Source of the DNA: Cyanophora paradoxa CCMP329
Taxonomy: Eukaryota > Plantae > Glaucophyta
Length of the DNA: 64,000 nt
Assembly: GCA_004431415.1 (NCBI GenBank)
Contig: QPMI01000216.1
Location: 1 to 64,000 of the forward strand
Direction: 5' to 3'
Below are positions 12,211 to 23,119 of the stretch, one piece after another. Each line of letters begins with the position of its first letter. The stretch's first letter is position 1. Position numbers and translations under genes: made by a program. The notes under the pieces were generated by a model. That model did no database searches. It had not been told where the DNA came from and saw only the letters and a list, made by a program, of their open reading frames with translations.

Positions 12211-13427
12211 ATGGACGACGCGAAGATGCCGAGGCCGCTCGGATACGACCGGGAGGCGGCTCACCACATCGCCGACCGATTCCGCGCTGCTCGAAGCAAT
12301 GCCCACGAAAGCGCTTCGCCTGCCGCATCAACGTTGCAAGTGGCAGCCAGGGATGGGCTCGAGGTTGACAAGGATCCAGAGGAGGCTGGCGGCGAGTCTG
12401 TCCAACCCGAGGTGCACGTGCTCGCGCCCCTTGCTGATGCAAAGACGAAAAGAAGGCCGCTTATACAATCAATAATTAATTGGAGGGGGGCGCGCGAACG
12501 CAGCTCTGGCTGGACGCCCTCACGGAGGACGAGGTGCTTGCCCTCGTCTCTCTCCTCCCCGAGGACGCCAGCGAGCGGCTCGTGGCCGAGGACATCGCCT
12601 TTGTCGTTCCCCCGCTTGGTTAGACTCCCTGCCTTATCTATAGCTAGTGATAACAACACAAGCACAGTTCAATTCTCGATTTTAATCTACCCTGTTCTGA
12701 CATTCGAATTGCAGAGGCCGCGTCGCTGCCCGGCGAATCGCAGGCGATGGGCGCCGTCCAGAAGCTCCTCGATCGCCTCGGGCCTGGGTACTCGTTCGCC
12801 GAGCTCTACGACTTCAGGTTCTCCTCGTGCGTGCTCCGCCGGTAAAACGAGATACACCTCGGAATCAATGTATTCGAAGGTACCGACCGCGAGACGAGGA
12901 GCGCTCGAGATGGGACTACCCATCTCAGGGCGATCACCACGACGCTTGCTGCTACGAGGACTGCTCAAGTTGGTTCAAAATGTGATGGCAAATTAATAAT
13001 ATTGGATTCAACCGGCTATAAATCTAATGTATACGCCTATGAGTGATGCATAATTGTTTCTGCAGGTATGGCGCTGGGAGACAGCGGCGCACCACGCTGC
13101 ACGTGTGGCTCACTGCTGGCTCCGAGTTCGAAGGGGGGCACACGGTGTTCGAGGTCCGGATCCGGGGCCGGGGCGCCGGCTTCTGGGCCCGAATCCGATG
13201 ACCCGGTAATCGAGTTCACGACTTGCTTTCGATCGACGCAGAACCTAGGCCTGAGCGTCAAGGCGGGCATGGGCTCCGTTCTCAAATTCAACAGCCTCCA
13301 GAGGGGCTCGCTCCGTTGCGACCCGTACGCCATCCATCGCGACGAGCCCGTGACGAGCGGCATAAAACTGTGCGTCGACTTCGACGTTGTCTTGCGAGCA
13401 ACATTCGCATTTATAAACCGTGATTAA
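12211..13427 (+). CDS. Prolyl-4-hydroxylase-like 2OG-Fe(II) dioxygenase (multi-exon; start uncertain)
   Basis: Exons LWLDALTEDEVLALVSLL; RR-YRP..GDHHDACC (HxD); RRTTLHVWLTAGSEFEGGHTVF; SVKAGMGSVLKFNSLQRGSLRCDPYAIHRDEPVTSGIKLCV (distal His, then Lys at the 2OG-binding position). This matches the P4H motif order. Confidence 0.75.
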
Positions 13428-14168
13428 CATTGCCCTCGCCGATCGCCGATCGCGAGTCGCAGAATGCTTCAGATCCGGATTTTAGCATCATATGCTTGGA
13501 TGGAGACCTTGCCTGGTCCGACGGGATACGATGCAGCCTGGGCCCGGAAGCATGAAGGAACCGCCGACAGCTGCGGACCGTTGTGTGCCGAATCCCAGTG
13601 CCGCTGTGCGGCACTTCTGGCTTTGAAGAATGCTAGCTATAGCAGTGAGGCGTTTTAGATCGAGATCTGTCGTTTTTTCGAAGACATTGAAGTACGTATA
13701 CATGTACAATGGTCCGCCGGCGCCCGAGGCATGCGCATGCAAATTGTGCGCATGCTTCTCGGCGCGGATCGTGCACGTGCGGCAGCGTGCCATAGCATGA
13801 ATTAGCTTGCAATTAACTGAGGAATATTGCAAATTCATGCTATCGCGATCGATATCGATCATGCTTATGCAAATGCATACGAGGCGGTGATCATGTATGC
13901 GCATGACCGTCGGACGCTCGGAGATGATTAATCATGTGAATGATCACCCCTCATGAAAATTAAAAAGGTCCGGCTGCAGCTGCGGCCGTTTAAATTTACG
14001 TATACGTACGTACTATGTTATACGTATACGCATATACGTATACGCGTTCGCTACAATTTGATCTGGCTAGCGCCCGGGGTACAGGCCTAGGGGCCCGCGG
14101 CCGTGAGCTGTTCCCGCGCCCCGGCCGCCCCAGCACGCTCGAGCGCGCGATTCAACCGTACGCGTTGC

Positions 14169-15079
14169 ATGTACGACATCGGCTTCGACATGCGCTCGGC
14201 GAGCCCGCAGCGCCGCTCGACTTCGAGAGAAGGAGATCTAGAGCGGCATGGCCGGCATGAGCTCGAGCACCGGCCGCGGGAGCGCTCCGAACGGGAGGCA
14301 TATCAAGCTTCGAGTTCGCAGCAGAGCGGCGTGCACGTGTGCGGCCGTGGCCCGGAGCCACAATCGAGCTCGAGTCGACGTCGCGGCCGCGGCGAAGTCG
14401 ACGGCCAGCCGCGGGGCGCGGCTCTGAGAAGCCGCAGCCCCGAAAGGAAGCGCCAGCGAAGATCAAGAAGCAGATCCCCTCGCCGCTCGCCCTCTCGGCG
14501 CAGCGGAGCAGACCGCGGTGCGTCCTGTCAAATTGCGCATGCAATTGAGTCGCCCGCGGCCGCGGCCGCGCGTGCTCGTGCTCGCCGGCGCTTCGCGCGC
14601 CCCCTCGCGTCGTGCACGCTGACGCGCGCAGTCCAGATTCGCGAACACGGCGTGCCAGCATTCCCCGGTCGCGGTCACGCTCTCCTCCGCTCGCACGGCG
14701 CCGGCGCTCCCCGTCGCCGCGGCCGGCGCCGCGGCCGGAGCCCCGCGGTGGGCCGACCGCGCGGCCGCGGTATCAATCGCCGCCAGCGCCCCGAGCGCGC
14801 TCTCCGCCGGTGCCCCGCGAGCGCGCGGCATCATCTGGATCCTGCGCCACATCTTCTCAACCGGCACCAATGAATCCGGCCTCGGCATATACAGCTGCAG
14901 CATCGAGCTCGAATTTCCTCGCAGGCCCCGCGGCAGCGCCTGCGCCCGCCCCCGCCTCGCCCCCTCCTCTTGCCTCCTCCGGGAGTCGCGATCTCAGTCT
15001 CGAAGACTTCCTCTCCACTCTCGACAACGCCGGCGCTTGCGCGACTGTACATGTCGGCGACGGTGCGCCCCTATCCTAG
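14169..15079 (+). CDS. RS-rich low-complexity coding region (possibly the 5' part of the downstream CCCH gene)
   Basis: RSRSPERKRQRRSRSRSPRRSPSRRS and further RSRSRSPP blocks separated by short GT-AG intron-like segments. Confidence 0.4.
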
Positions 15080-15084
15080 CTATA

Positions 15085-15230
15085 GGCCCCCCCCCCCCCC
15101 CCCCCCCCACCCCCCACCCCCCTCAGGGCCTCCCACACACCCCTCCCCCTCCCTCCCCCCTCCGATCCGCCATCTACCTGCGTTCTCCGGCGCCCTGCAT
15201 GGCCCTGAAGCCCGCATTTTCCCCTAATTA
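15085..15230 (+). repeat. Dispersed short element (poly-C plus conserved core), copy 1
   Basis: Poly-C tract followed by ccatctacctgcgttctccggcgccctgcatgg; reverse-complement copy at ~19040-19192. Confidence 0.8.
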
Positions 15231-15379
15231 CAAGCGCTGCCTCATGATCAAGCTTCGAATTCGTTTTCCATGTGCACGCCGTTAACGCTAGCGCTGACGA
15301 GCGCGCTTAAGCTTTCTGGGCACGACCCGCAGCGCCGGTGGGCGGCTGGTCTTCTCCCGTCGGAAGCCCCATCCGCAAC

Positions 15380-18300
15380 GCGGAGGACGGTGCTAATCAC
15401 GAGCTCCCCGGCAGCTGCAGCTGTCGACGAGGATCTCGAGCTGCTGCGGCTGTCGACGTCGCCCGTCGGGAGCCCCATCCGCGACCGCGAGCCGGAGGGC
15501 GAGGGGGCCAGCTCCAGCGCCCCCGCCCCAGCCACCCCTTCCAAGGTGCGCCGCGCCTCCGCCGCAGGCTCCCCGGGTCCTGCTCATGAAGCCAACTCCG
15601 GATCCGCAGGAGCGGCCGCGGCCGCGGGGCGGGCCCGGGGCGAGCTGCGGGGCGGCGGGGCCGGGGCCGGCCCTCCGCCGCGCCCTCTCCTTCCCGCCGC
15701 GCGAGTGCTGGTGCCCTTCCCCCGCATCCCGCCCCTTCGTTCGGTCTCGGCTTGAAGCGCCGCCAGGGACTTCAAGCGGGAGGGGCGGTGCCCCTTCGGG
15801 GGCGGCTGCCAGTACACGCACGGGGCCGCCGAGTACAGGGCCGTCATCGAGGTCCGGCCCGCCCCGACGCCGGCCCCGGCAGCTCGCAGCGCGCGCCGCG
15901 GGGCCCGTCAGCTGCAACGCTCCGACGCGCCGGCGCCGCGCAGCGCCACCAGCGGGCGGTCGGCGGGGGCGGGGCGGGGCTGGCGGCGGCCGGGACGGAG
16001 TGGACGGAGGGGGAGCGGGGGAGCTCGCGGGGCGCGTGGAGGCGCTCCTCCGGGCCGCGCTCGCCGAGGGTGCGCGCCCCGCGCCCCTCTCCGATCCTGC
16101 GGCCGGCGCCCAGACTCGGGCAGGGCGCGGCTCCCTCGACCTCGCCGAGTTCCGCGCCCTCGCGCACCCCGTGCGCCCCCGCGCGCGGCCCGCACCGTGA
16201 TGCGGCGCGAGACCGATTGCGAGGGCCGGCCCGATGCTCGATGGCGCCCCGCAGGCGTGGCTCCCCGCCGACGTCTTCTTCGCCCCCGTCCCCGCACCCT
16301 CGAGCTCCGCCGCCAGGCGGGCCCCGCCCCCTCGCTTGCGAGCTTTAATTTCTCTTTCGTCGCTTCCCCCTTCATTGAAATCTAGATCTAGATCTTCGGC
16401 CCACGCGATCGCGCAGCAAGAAGAGGGGCCTGGCCCTGCGCGGGGCGGCGCTGGAGGAGGCGGTGCACGCGCGGGTGGACGAGCCGACGGTCGCGGGCGC
16501 GCTGGTCTCCCTCCTCCCCCCCTTCGCCGCCCTCGCGTGCGCCCCGGGGCCCGCGACGCCCCCGGGCCCCTCGGCAGGCCGCGCTCTGGATCTGACGCCG
16601 CGCCGCAGGCACTTTGGCGGCATGTTCCGCGTCATTGCCCTCGGGGACCGGCCGCGGGACTCGACCCTGCCGGCACCGAATTCGCAATCGAAGGGCTGCG
16701 GCGGGCGGCGTGGGCAGGACGGGGGGTCGGAGGCGTCAGCGGCGGCCCGCGTGCCGGCGACGGTGCGGAAAGAGCGGGCGGAGGCGAAAGGATCCGAGTG
16801 CGCGAGCGCGAGCGCGAAGCCGCCGAAGCGCAGCGTCGATGAGCTGCTCAAGTGGGCCGAGGCCGAGCTGGAGGGCGCCCGGCGCGCTCGCGCCGCCGCC
16901 GCCGCCGCCGCCTCCTTCGCCGCCGCTGCCGCCACCGGCGCCGCGCCCAGCGCTAGCGTGCCGGCGCCTGGCCATGGGCCTGGAGCGCCACCGCCCGCTC
17001 CGTACCAGCCATCATCGGCTTCCTCAGAGGTCCTCCCCTGGCCCCCTCCCCCTCCCCACTACCCCTCCCATCCCTTCCCCCCTCCCTTCCCCCCGGCCCC
17101 CCCTTTGATCTTGTCGCCCGCCGGCCTCCGGATCCTCTTGTAACCCTCTCGCAGGGCGCCTTCATCTCTGCCGCGCCTCGCGAACGCGGCAGGGACGCCG
17201 TCACCTCTGCGCCCGCACCCAAGATCGATGGCGCCGCTCCAGGCGCCACCCATGCGCATGCGCAGGCCCGCCCACGACCGCCCTTCTCCCGCCCCCAAGA
17301 TCGCATCCCCCGATCACCCCCCGCTCCAGGCGCCGCCCATGCGCACGCGCAGGCCCGCCCACGCCCGCCCTTCTCCCGCCCCCATCTCCAATGCGCCTCA
17401 CAGTGCGGCAGGGCGGCCGCGGTGCGGCCGCGGGCTACGGCCTGCTTCACGCCCGCTGGGGCCCCCCTTTCCACGACCGCGGCACCATGCAGAGCCACCT
17501 CCTGCAGGTGTGATTTTTTCTATAAAACATTGTTCTATTAAACATTCTTTATAATTATCTATGCTATATATCGATCCGATTGAAGAAAAACGTTGACGTA
17601 CAAAACGTTGAAGGACCTAAGAAAACGTTGGACGTGCATCACTTCAGACTGGATAAGAGATGCGCGCCTCTGACCGCGGCGCATGCAGGCGGTGGCGCTG
17701 CTGGCGCCGGGGCCGCGGGGGGCGCTCCTCTCGCTCTACTTCGAGTCGGGGGGGCCCTCCCCCGAGGCCGGCCTGCTCGCCGGCGCCGCCTGCCTCGTCT
17801 TCCGCACCCCGGCCCACGTGCGCCCCGCACCGCCCCGCTCGCCCCCGCAGCCGCCTCCCCTTTCAAAGCTTTCCTATAGCCTTCAGGTTTCACGCCCGCC
17901 GCGGCCGGTACTGACGGCGACGCGCCTGGCAGGCCGAGGCGGCCCTTGCGGCGTGCGGGGGGCGCGTCCCGCATGATTTCTGGGCGGGACGGGCGGCGCA
18001 GGCGGCGCTCAAGAGCGCCCCCGGGGCGCCAGCGGGGTTCGAATTCGGCGGCGGGAGCGTCGTCCTCTCCGCTCGCGTGCGCCCCGCGCGAGAGGGGCTG
18101 GGCGCGCCCCGCCGAGGCCCGGCGCTGAGGCGCCCCGGGGACAGGACTCGGGCTGGCGCACCGTTCTCGACGCACGGACCCAGACGCACTACCGGTGCAC
18201 CGCCCACCCGGCCCGCTTTTGCGATCGCGCTCGCGCTCGCCCCGCGGCCGCTCACGCCCGATCGACCCCGGGCCCGGCCCGCAGCTACAACAGGCGGGAC

Positions 18301-18655
18301 GGGCGGGCCTACTGGTGGCCCCCCGGCGACTCCGGGGCGGGGTACAGCGACGAGATGGACGAGCGACTCGCGGCCGCCGCGGCGTCGGGCCCGGGGCCCC
18401 GCGATCGCGAGCTCGCCCCGCCGGCGGGGCCCCTCCGCCCCGGGCCCGCCCCCCCCGCTGCTCCGGCGCCGTGATCGATATCGACGCCGACGCCGGGCGC
18501 GCGGCGCGGCCCCTCGCGACCATCCGGGGCCCCCGGCCCCGGCCTTGAATTGGCCTCCCGCCTCCTCATCGGCCCGAGATCGGCGCCTCGCACCGGCTCC
18601 GTGCCGGCGCCCTCCTCTACAGCTGGACCTCGGGCCCTTCCCTGCCGAGACGTAG
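15380..18655 (+). CDS. CCCH zinc-finger protein, low complexity, multi-exon (boundaries approximate)
   Basis: Splicing out the intron at ~15711-15766 gives ECWDFKREGRCPFGGGCQYTH (C-x8-C-x5-C-x3-H). Further exon-like blocks follow: ELAGRVEALLRAALAE, HFGGMFRVIALG, RSVDELLKWAEAELE. Confidence 0.55.
17233..17390 (+). repeat. Tandem duplication, ~88-bp period (2 copies)
   Basis: ccgctccaggcgccacccatgcgcatgcgcaggcccgcccacgaccgcccttctcccgccccc versus ccgctccaggcgccgcccatgcgcacgcgcaggcccgcccacgcccgcccttctcccgccccc. Confidence 0.85.
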
Positions 18656-19039
18656 GCCCCGATCTAGAGCTACCTCCAGCTCGTTCTCGCCCCGCCCCTC
18701 CCTCCCACGCCCTTCGTCGCTGAGGTCCGTCCTCGAGATCTAATATTAATTGTGGCATGATTATAATTGGCTGGAGTGGAGAAGGGGATGAGAGACGAGG
18801 CGGGCAGCGGCCGGGCGGCCCGAGGGCGGGGTCGAGGGACTGGGAAGGGGCGATCGCGGTGCCGGCTGGCGGGGCTGGACCGCGAGTCGCGGAACTCGAA
18901 GCTCGAGGGGGGGCGGAGGGCCGGCAGCTAAGAAGCGGGCGGGCGAGGGGGCGGCGTGGGCGAAGGGGGAGGCAAGGGGGAGGGAGGCGAGAAAGAGGGG
19001 TTCTCGAAATCGTTTCATGGCAGGAGAGGCTAAATTGAA

Positions 19040-19192
19040 AGGGCATAGCAGGGAAAGACGCGGGCATGCGGACCATGCAGGGCGCCGGAGGACGCAGGTA
19101 GATGGTGGAGGGGGTAGGGAAGGGGAGGAGGGGCCGGGTGGGAGCCGGAGGGGGGGGGGGGGGGGGGGGGGGCGGGGGGGGGGGGGCGGGGG
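19040..19192 (-). repeat. Dispersed short element (poly-C plus conserved core), copy 2, directly after the KXD1 stop
   Basis: ccatgcagggcgccggaggacgcaggtagatgg is the reverse complement of the copy-1 core with 1 mismatch, followed by a poly-G tract. Confidence 0.8.
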
Positions 19193-20114
19193 CTATCGCT
19201 TCTTGCGGCCCTTGCCGCGCTTGTCCCGCGCCGCATCTCCACTACCCCCTCCCGGCTCTGCTGCCGCGTCCTCCGCTGCCGCCGGCGGCGGCGGCTCCGC
19301 GGGCTCCTTCCCGCCCCCTGCGCCGCCAGACGCAGCGGCGCTCACCACGGATGGCGCCTCCGCAGCCGCCTCCGACGCCTCTTCCGCCCCCGCGTCGCTG
19401 GTGGCGCTGGCCAGCGCCGGCGCTGGCGGCCGCGGCCGCTCCGCCTCGCCCTCCTCGTCCTCGTGCGCCGGGAATCGCTCCGGGTACTTCACTGCCAGGC
19501 GCGCCCTGATGCTCCTGCGATGCGCGCCCGCGCGGGGCCCGCGGATGAGACGTGGGCGAGTTGCAGAGCGGCGGCAAAGGATGCAACAATGCGGGCCGGG
19601 CGTTGACAGGCGCATGCGCACCGGATCTTCTCGAAGACGTACGCCAGGTCGGTCTTGAGCTCGCGCAGCGTGCGCGTGTACCGCTCGAGCCTGCAGCAGC
19701 GGCGCATGAGCGCGCGCGCGCGAGGCTAGGGAGAGCTCAATGCCAGACGCTCGGCCGGCCGGCGGCGGGCAAGCGCACCGTGGCTGAGAGGCCGCGTACT
19801 GCGCTGCATTCTGAGCATTCAGCTCCGCGAGCTTCGCGTTGAGCTCCTGGAACTTGTGCACCCTGCGGCCGCGTTGCGCCTCAGCGCGCCTTTTCGAGCG
19901 CCGCGTCCCGGTCGCTTCGCGCTCGGACGCACGTCTTTGCCTGCATGCCGCGCGTCGCCCGGAGCTCCTCCGCGTCGACGAGGGAGGCGACGCTTCGAAC
20001 GAAGGCCGCCGCAGCGTCCGCCGGGGCAGGCGGCTCGAGAGCAGCGCCGACGCTGCCGCGTGGCACTTGCGGCGCCGCGTGCGACGCCGCGGCCGCCTGC
20101 GAAGCCACCTGCAT
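19193..20114 (-). CDS. KXD1: KxDL motif-containing protein 1 (BORC/BLOC-1-associated)
   Basis: Four stitched exons: ..FVRSVASLVDAEELRATRGMQAKT-VHKFQELNAKLAELNAQNAAQYAASQPR-LERYTRTLRELKTDLAYVFEKIR-SIRARLAVKYPERF. The KTDL motif sits in the canonical LKxDLxxxFxKIR context. Confidence 0.88.
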
Positions 20115-20462
20115 CGCTGGGGCCCTGTACCCCAGCCCGCCGATCCAAAGCGCTGCGGCGGACAGCGGAGCGGCCGCTCGGCGAAATCTGCATGCGCATG
20201 CGCCCAGAGAGGAATTGATTGCCGCGTTCTAGACCGCCGCGGCAATCCCGATCGATCAATACCTGGCGATCTCTCCCGGCTGCAGCGCCCGTGGAGGCGC
20301 AATACGGCCTTTCCATCCCGCGGACAGCCTAATCGCGCCGCAGAGCGTCCAGCAGCCGCTCAGCGGAGCCACCAGCGCTCAGAGCGAAGCGCGGACGCCG
20401 CTTCGTCAACCGCGCGCTGGCGGCCGGGCCGCGGTCGTACCTATAGCTAGAAGCCCTTCAGG
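20115..20462. promoter_or_regulatory. Probable bidirectional promoter KXD1/SLC35F
   Basis: Divergent start codons ~350 bp apart (inferred from the gene arrangement only). Confidence 0.5.
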
Positions 20463-22508
20463 ATGTTCGCTCTGCAGCGGCCGACGTGCGCGTGCGCGCG
20501 GATCGACTGGGGCGTGGCCGGCGTCGGCCAGGTCAACTCGCTCCTGCTCGCCCTCTCCGGCTGCGCGGCCGGATTCGTCACAGCGAGAGGCTTCCGGTGC
20601 GCTTTACAGCCCTTGCCAGCCCCGCGCTTCCTGACTCCCGCGCCGCGCGCGCGCCCGAGCGCAGGGTCCCGAACTACTCTGCGGCGTCGATCTACCTCTG
20701 CCTCTCGCTCTACGCGCTCTACTTCATACGCGTGCGGCGGCGCGCGGGCGGGCGGTTCCGCCTGGAGGCGCCCCTCCCCGCCTACCTCTGCCTCGCCTTC
20801 GTGGACGCCGTGCGCGCCCCCGCTCCGCTAAGAGCTCAAGGCGCCGCTCGAACCGCGCGCGCGGGCGCGCAGGAGGCGAACTTCCTCCTCGTGAAGTCGC
20901 TCCAGCTGACGAGCTTCGCCTCCGTCATGGTCATCGACTGCGCCACCGTACCCTGGACCATGCTCCTCTCCCGCCTCTTCCTCAAGGCCAAGTACCGCCC
21001 GGTACCCCCCTCCCGCCTCGCCCCCCTTCCTCGAGCAGAATCCCATATCCCCTCCTCCGAAGCTCCACATCGCCGGCGCCGCCACCTCGTTCGTGGGGAT
21101 CGTCCTCCTGGTCCGCGTACCCCCGCCCAATCTTCCGCCCGAAGGCTCGAAAGTAGTACCCCGCAGGTGCTGGCGGATTTGAGGGACCCCTCCTCGGCCG
21201 CGGCGCCGCACCCCCTCCTGGGGGACCTCCTCTCCGTTGTCTCCTCCTTCCTCTTCGCCGTGCGTTCCTGTACCCCCCTTTCCAAAAAGCCGTGCCTCGC
21301 CGACGCCGCCTCTGCATTGCGCAGGTCAGCAGCGTTCTGCAGGTGCGCTGCGCTCGCCCGTACCCCTCACACTCGGGCTGAGGGGGGGGTACCGCAGGAG
21401 GCGCTGTGCTCGAGGAGCCCCCTGGGGGGCCGGCGGAGGGCCCCGCTGCCCGTCGCGCCCCCTGCGGGGTCGGCGCAGCGCGGGGTTGCACGCGACGGCC
21501 TCGCCGAGCGATCCAAGGGCGGCATATTCGTACCCCGCAACCCGGCGCCCGTCCAGGTGCCCCCGAACGTATTCATGTACCCCCCCCGGACGCGATTCCT
21601 CCCCCAGGCGGAGTTCGGCGACGCGGGCGGAGCGTGGTACCCCTCCATCGAGTACCTCGCGATGCGCGTCTCCCGTACCCCCGGGCCCCTCTCCTCTACC
21701 CCCCTGAGGGCCCGCCTCCAGGCTCGGGGCCATTGGGTCGGCCATCGCGGCGGCCCAGGCGGCCCTCTCGGGGGAGACGGGCGACCTCCTGCGGCTCGGC
21801 TCCGACACCGCCGCCCTCGGGTGCCCCTCCCCGGCCCCGCCCCGCCCGCCCGGCCTGGCTGAGCAGGCGGGCAGGGGCCTCCTGGCCTACGCCCTCTGCC
21901 TCGGCGTCGCGTACAGTGTCGGCTGCTTCGTGCGCCCCGCCCCGCAGCCGGCGCCGAGCGGTTCGCGCCGCACCGCTCACGTACCCCCTCCCCCAGATGG
22001 TCGTCCGCTCCTCGGCCGCCTTCCTCACCCTCTCCTTCCTCAGTCCGCGTACCCCCTCCTTCCCGTATCTCTTTTGAGCCCCCCGGCAGCCTCCGACATA
22101 TACTCGGTCATCGCCGGCGCCGTCTTCTTCGGCAACCGGTACCCCCCCCCCCGGATGAAATAAACCCCGTACCCATATCTAAATTTCTCCGTACCCCAGA
22201 TTCTCCCCCCTCTACATCTTCTCTCTCGCCATCACGCTCAGCGGTGCGACTCGCACTGAACAGATCGCGCACTCCGCTCTCCTGATGCGCTACCCCGTAC
22301 CCCCGCAGGCCTGGTGATCTTCCTGCTGCCGTCGGCGGGGCCGCCGGGGGCGGAGGCGGGCGGCGGGGCGGAGTACTCGGCCCTGGAGGAGGGGGGCGGG
22401 GGAGGCGAGGAGGAGGACCCCTGGGGCGAGGACGGGGCGGCCGGGGCGGCGGAGCAGCTGCAGGGAATGGCCCCACAAAGGAACCCCCCTCTGCCCCCGC
22501 AGACATAG
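20463..22508 (+). CDS. SLC35F: SLC35F1/F2-like DMT-superfamily transporter (multi-exon)
   Basis: GQVNSLLLALSG, YLCLAFVDA-EANFLLVKSLQLTSFASVMVIDCATVPWTMLLSRLFLKAKY, PHPLLGDLLSVVSSFLFAVSSVLQE, SSAAFLTLSFL..SDIYSVIAGAVFFG. Confidence 0.9.
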
Positions 22509-23119
22509 ATAGCTATATAGGCTCAACTTCGAGCCTTGTAGCGGTGCTATCTTGCACCGCATGCACATGCATGGCAAGGGGCTTGCACATCGATCATAAT
22601 CGCTTCTGGAGCTTGATCTAGCCTTGTAGACGCGTACACTCGATCACTGGCCCAGTGGAGTCCACGCATGCCTTTGTAGTTGCGGTCTCAATCAATTAGT
22701 CACAAGCACTGAATCAATTCAAGAATTCTTCAAGAAAGGGTCATAACAAGCGAGTCCCTGCGGAGCAGGAGTGGCCTTGGATCTTGGGGCTTCGAGTACT
22801 TCAAGGCGTGAGGGTAGCTGCTCTTTGCTCTTTGTGGTGGAGGGGGGGGGGGGGGGGGGGGGGGGGGCACTCGCCAAGGGTACACACTCGAGTGAGAGGG
22901 TACGAATTGTACATGTGTCGATGCTTTTCGACGTGTTAAAACCGCCTCGATCGGCCATCGTTCTCCCCAGGGTTCCGCAGGTCCAGACCTAAGGGCCTCT
23001 CCTTTCCCCAAGTCCGATCACAATATATAACATATATACCATGCCATGATGATCGATGCCAAAAACTACAAACTATCGAGATCAATCTCTCATGATCATG
23101 ATCATGATCAGCTCTTAAA

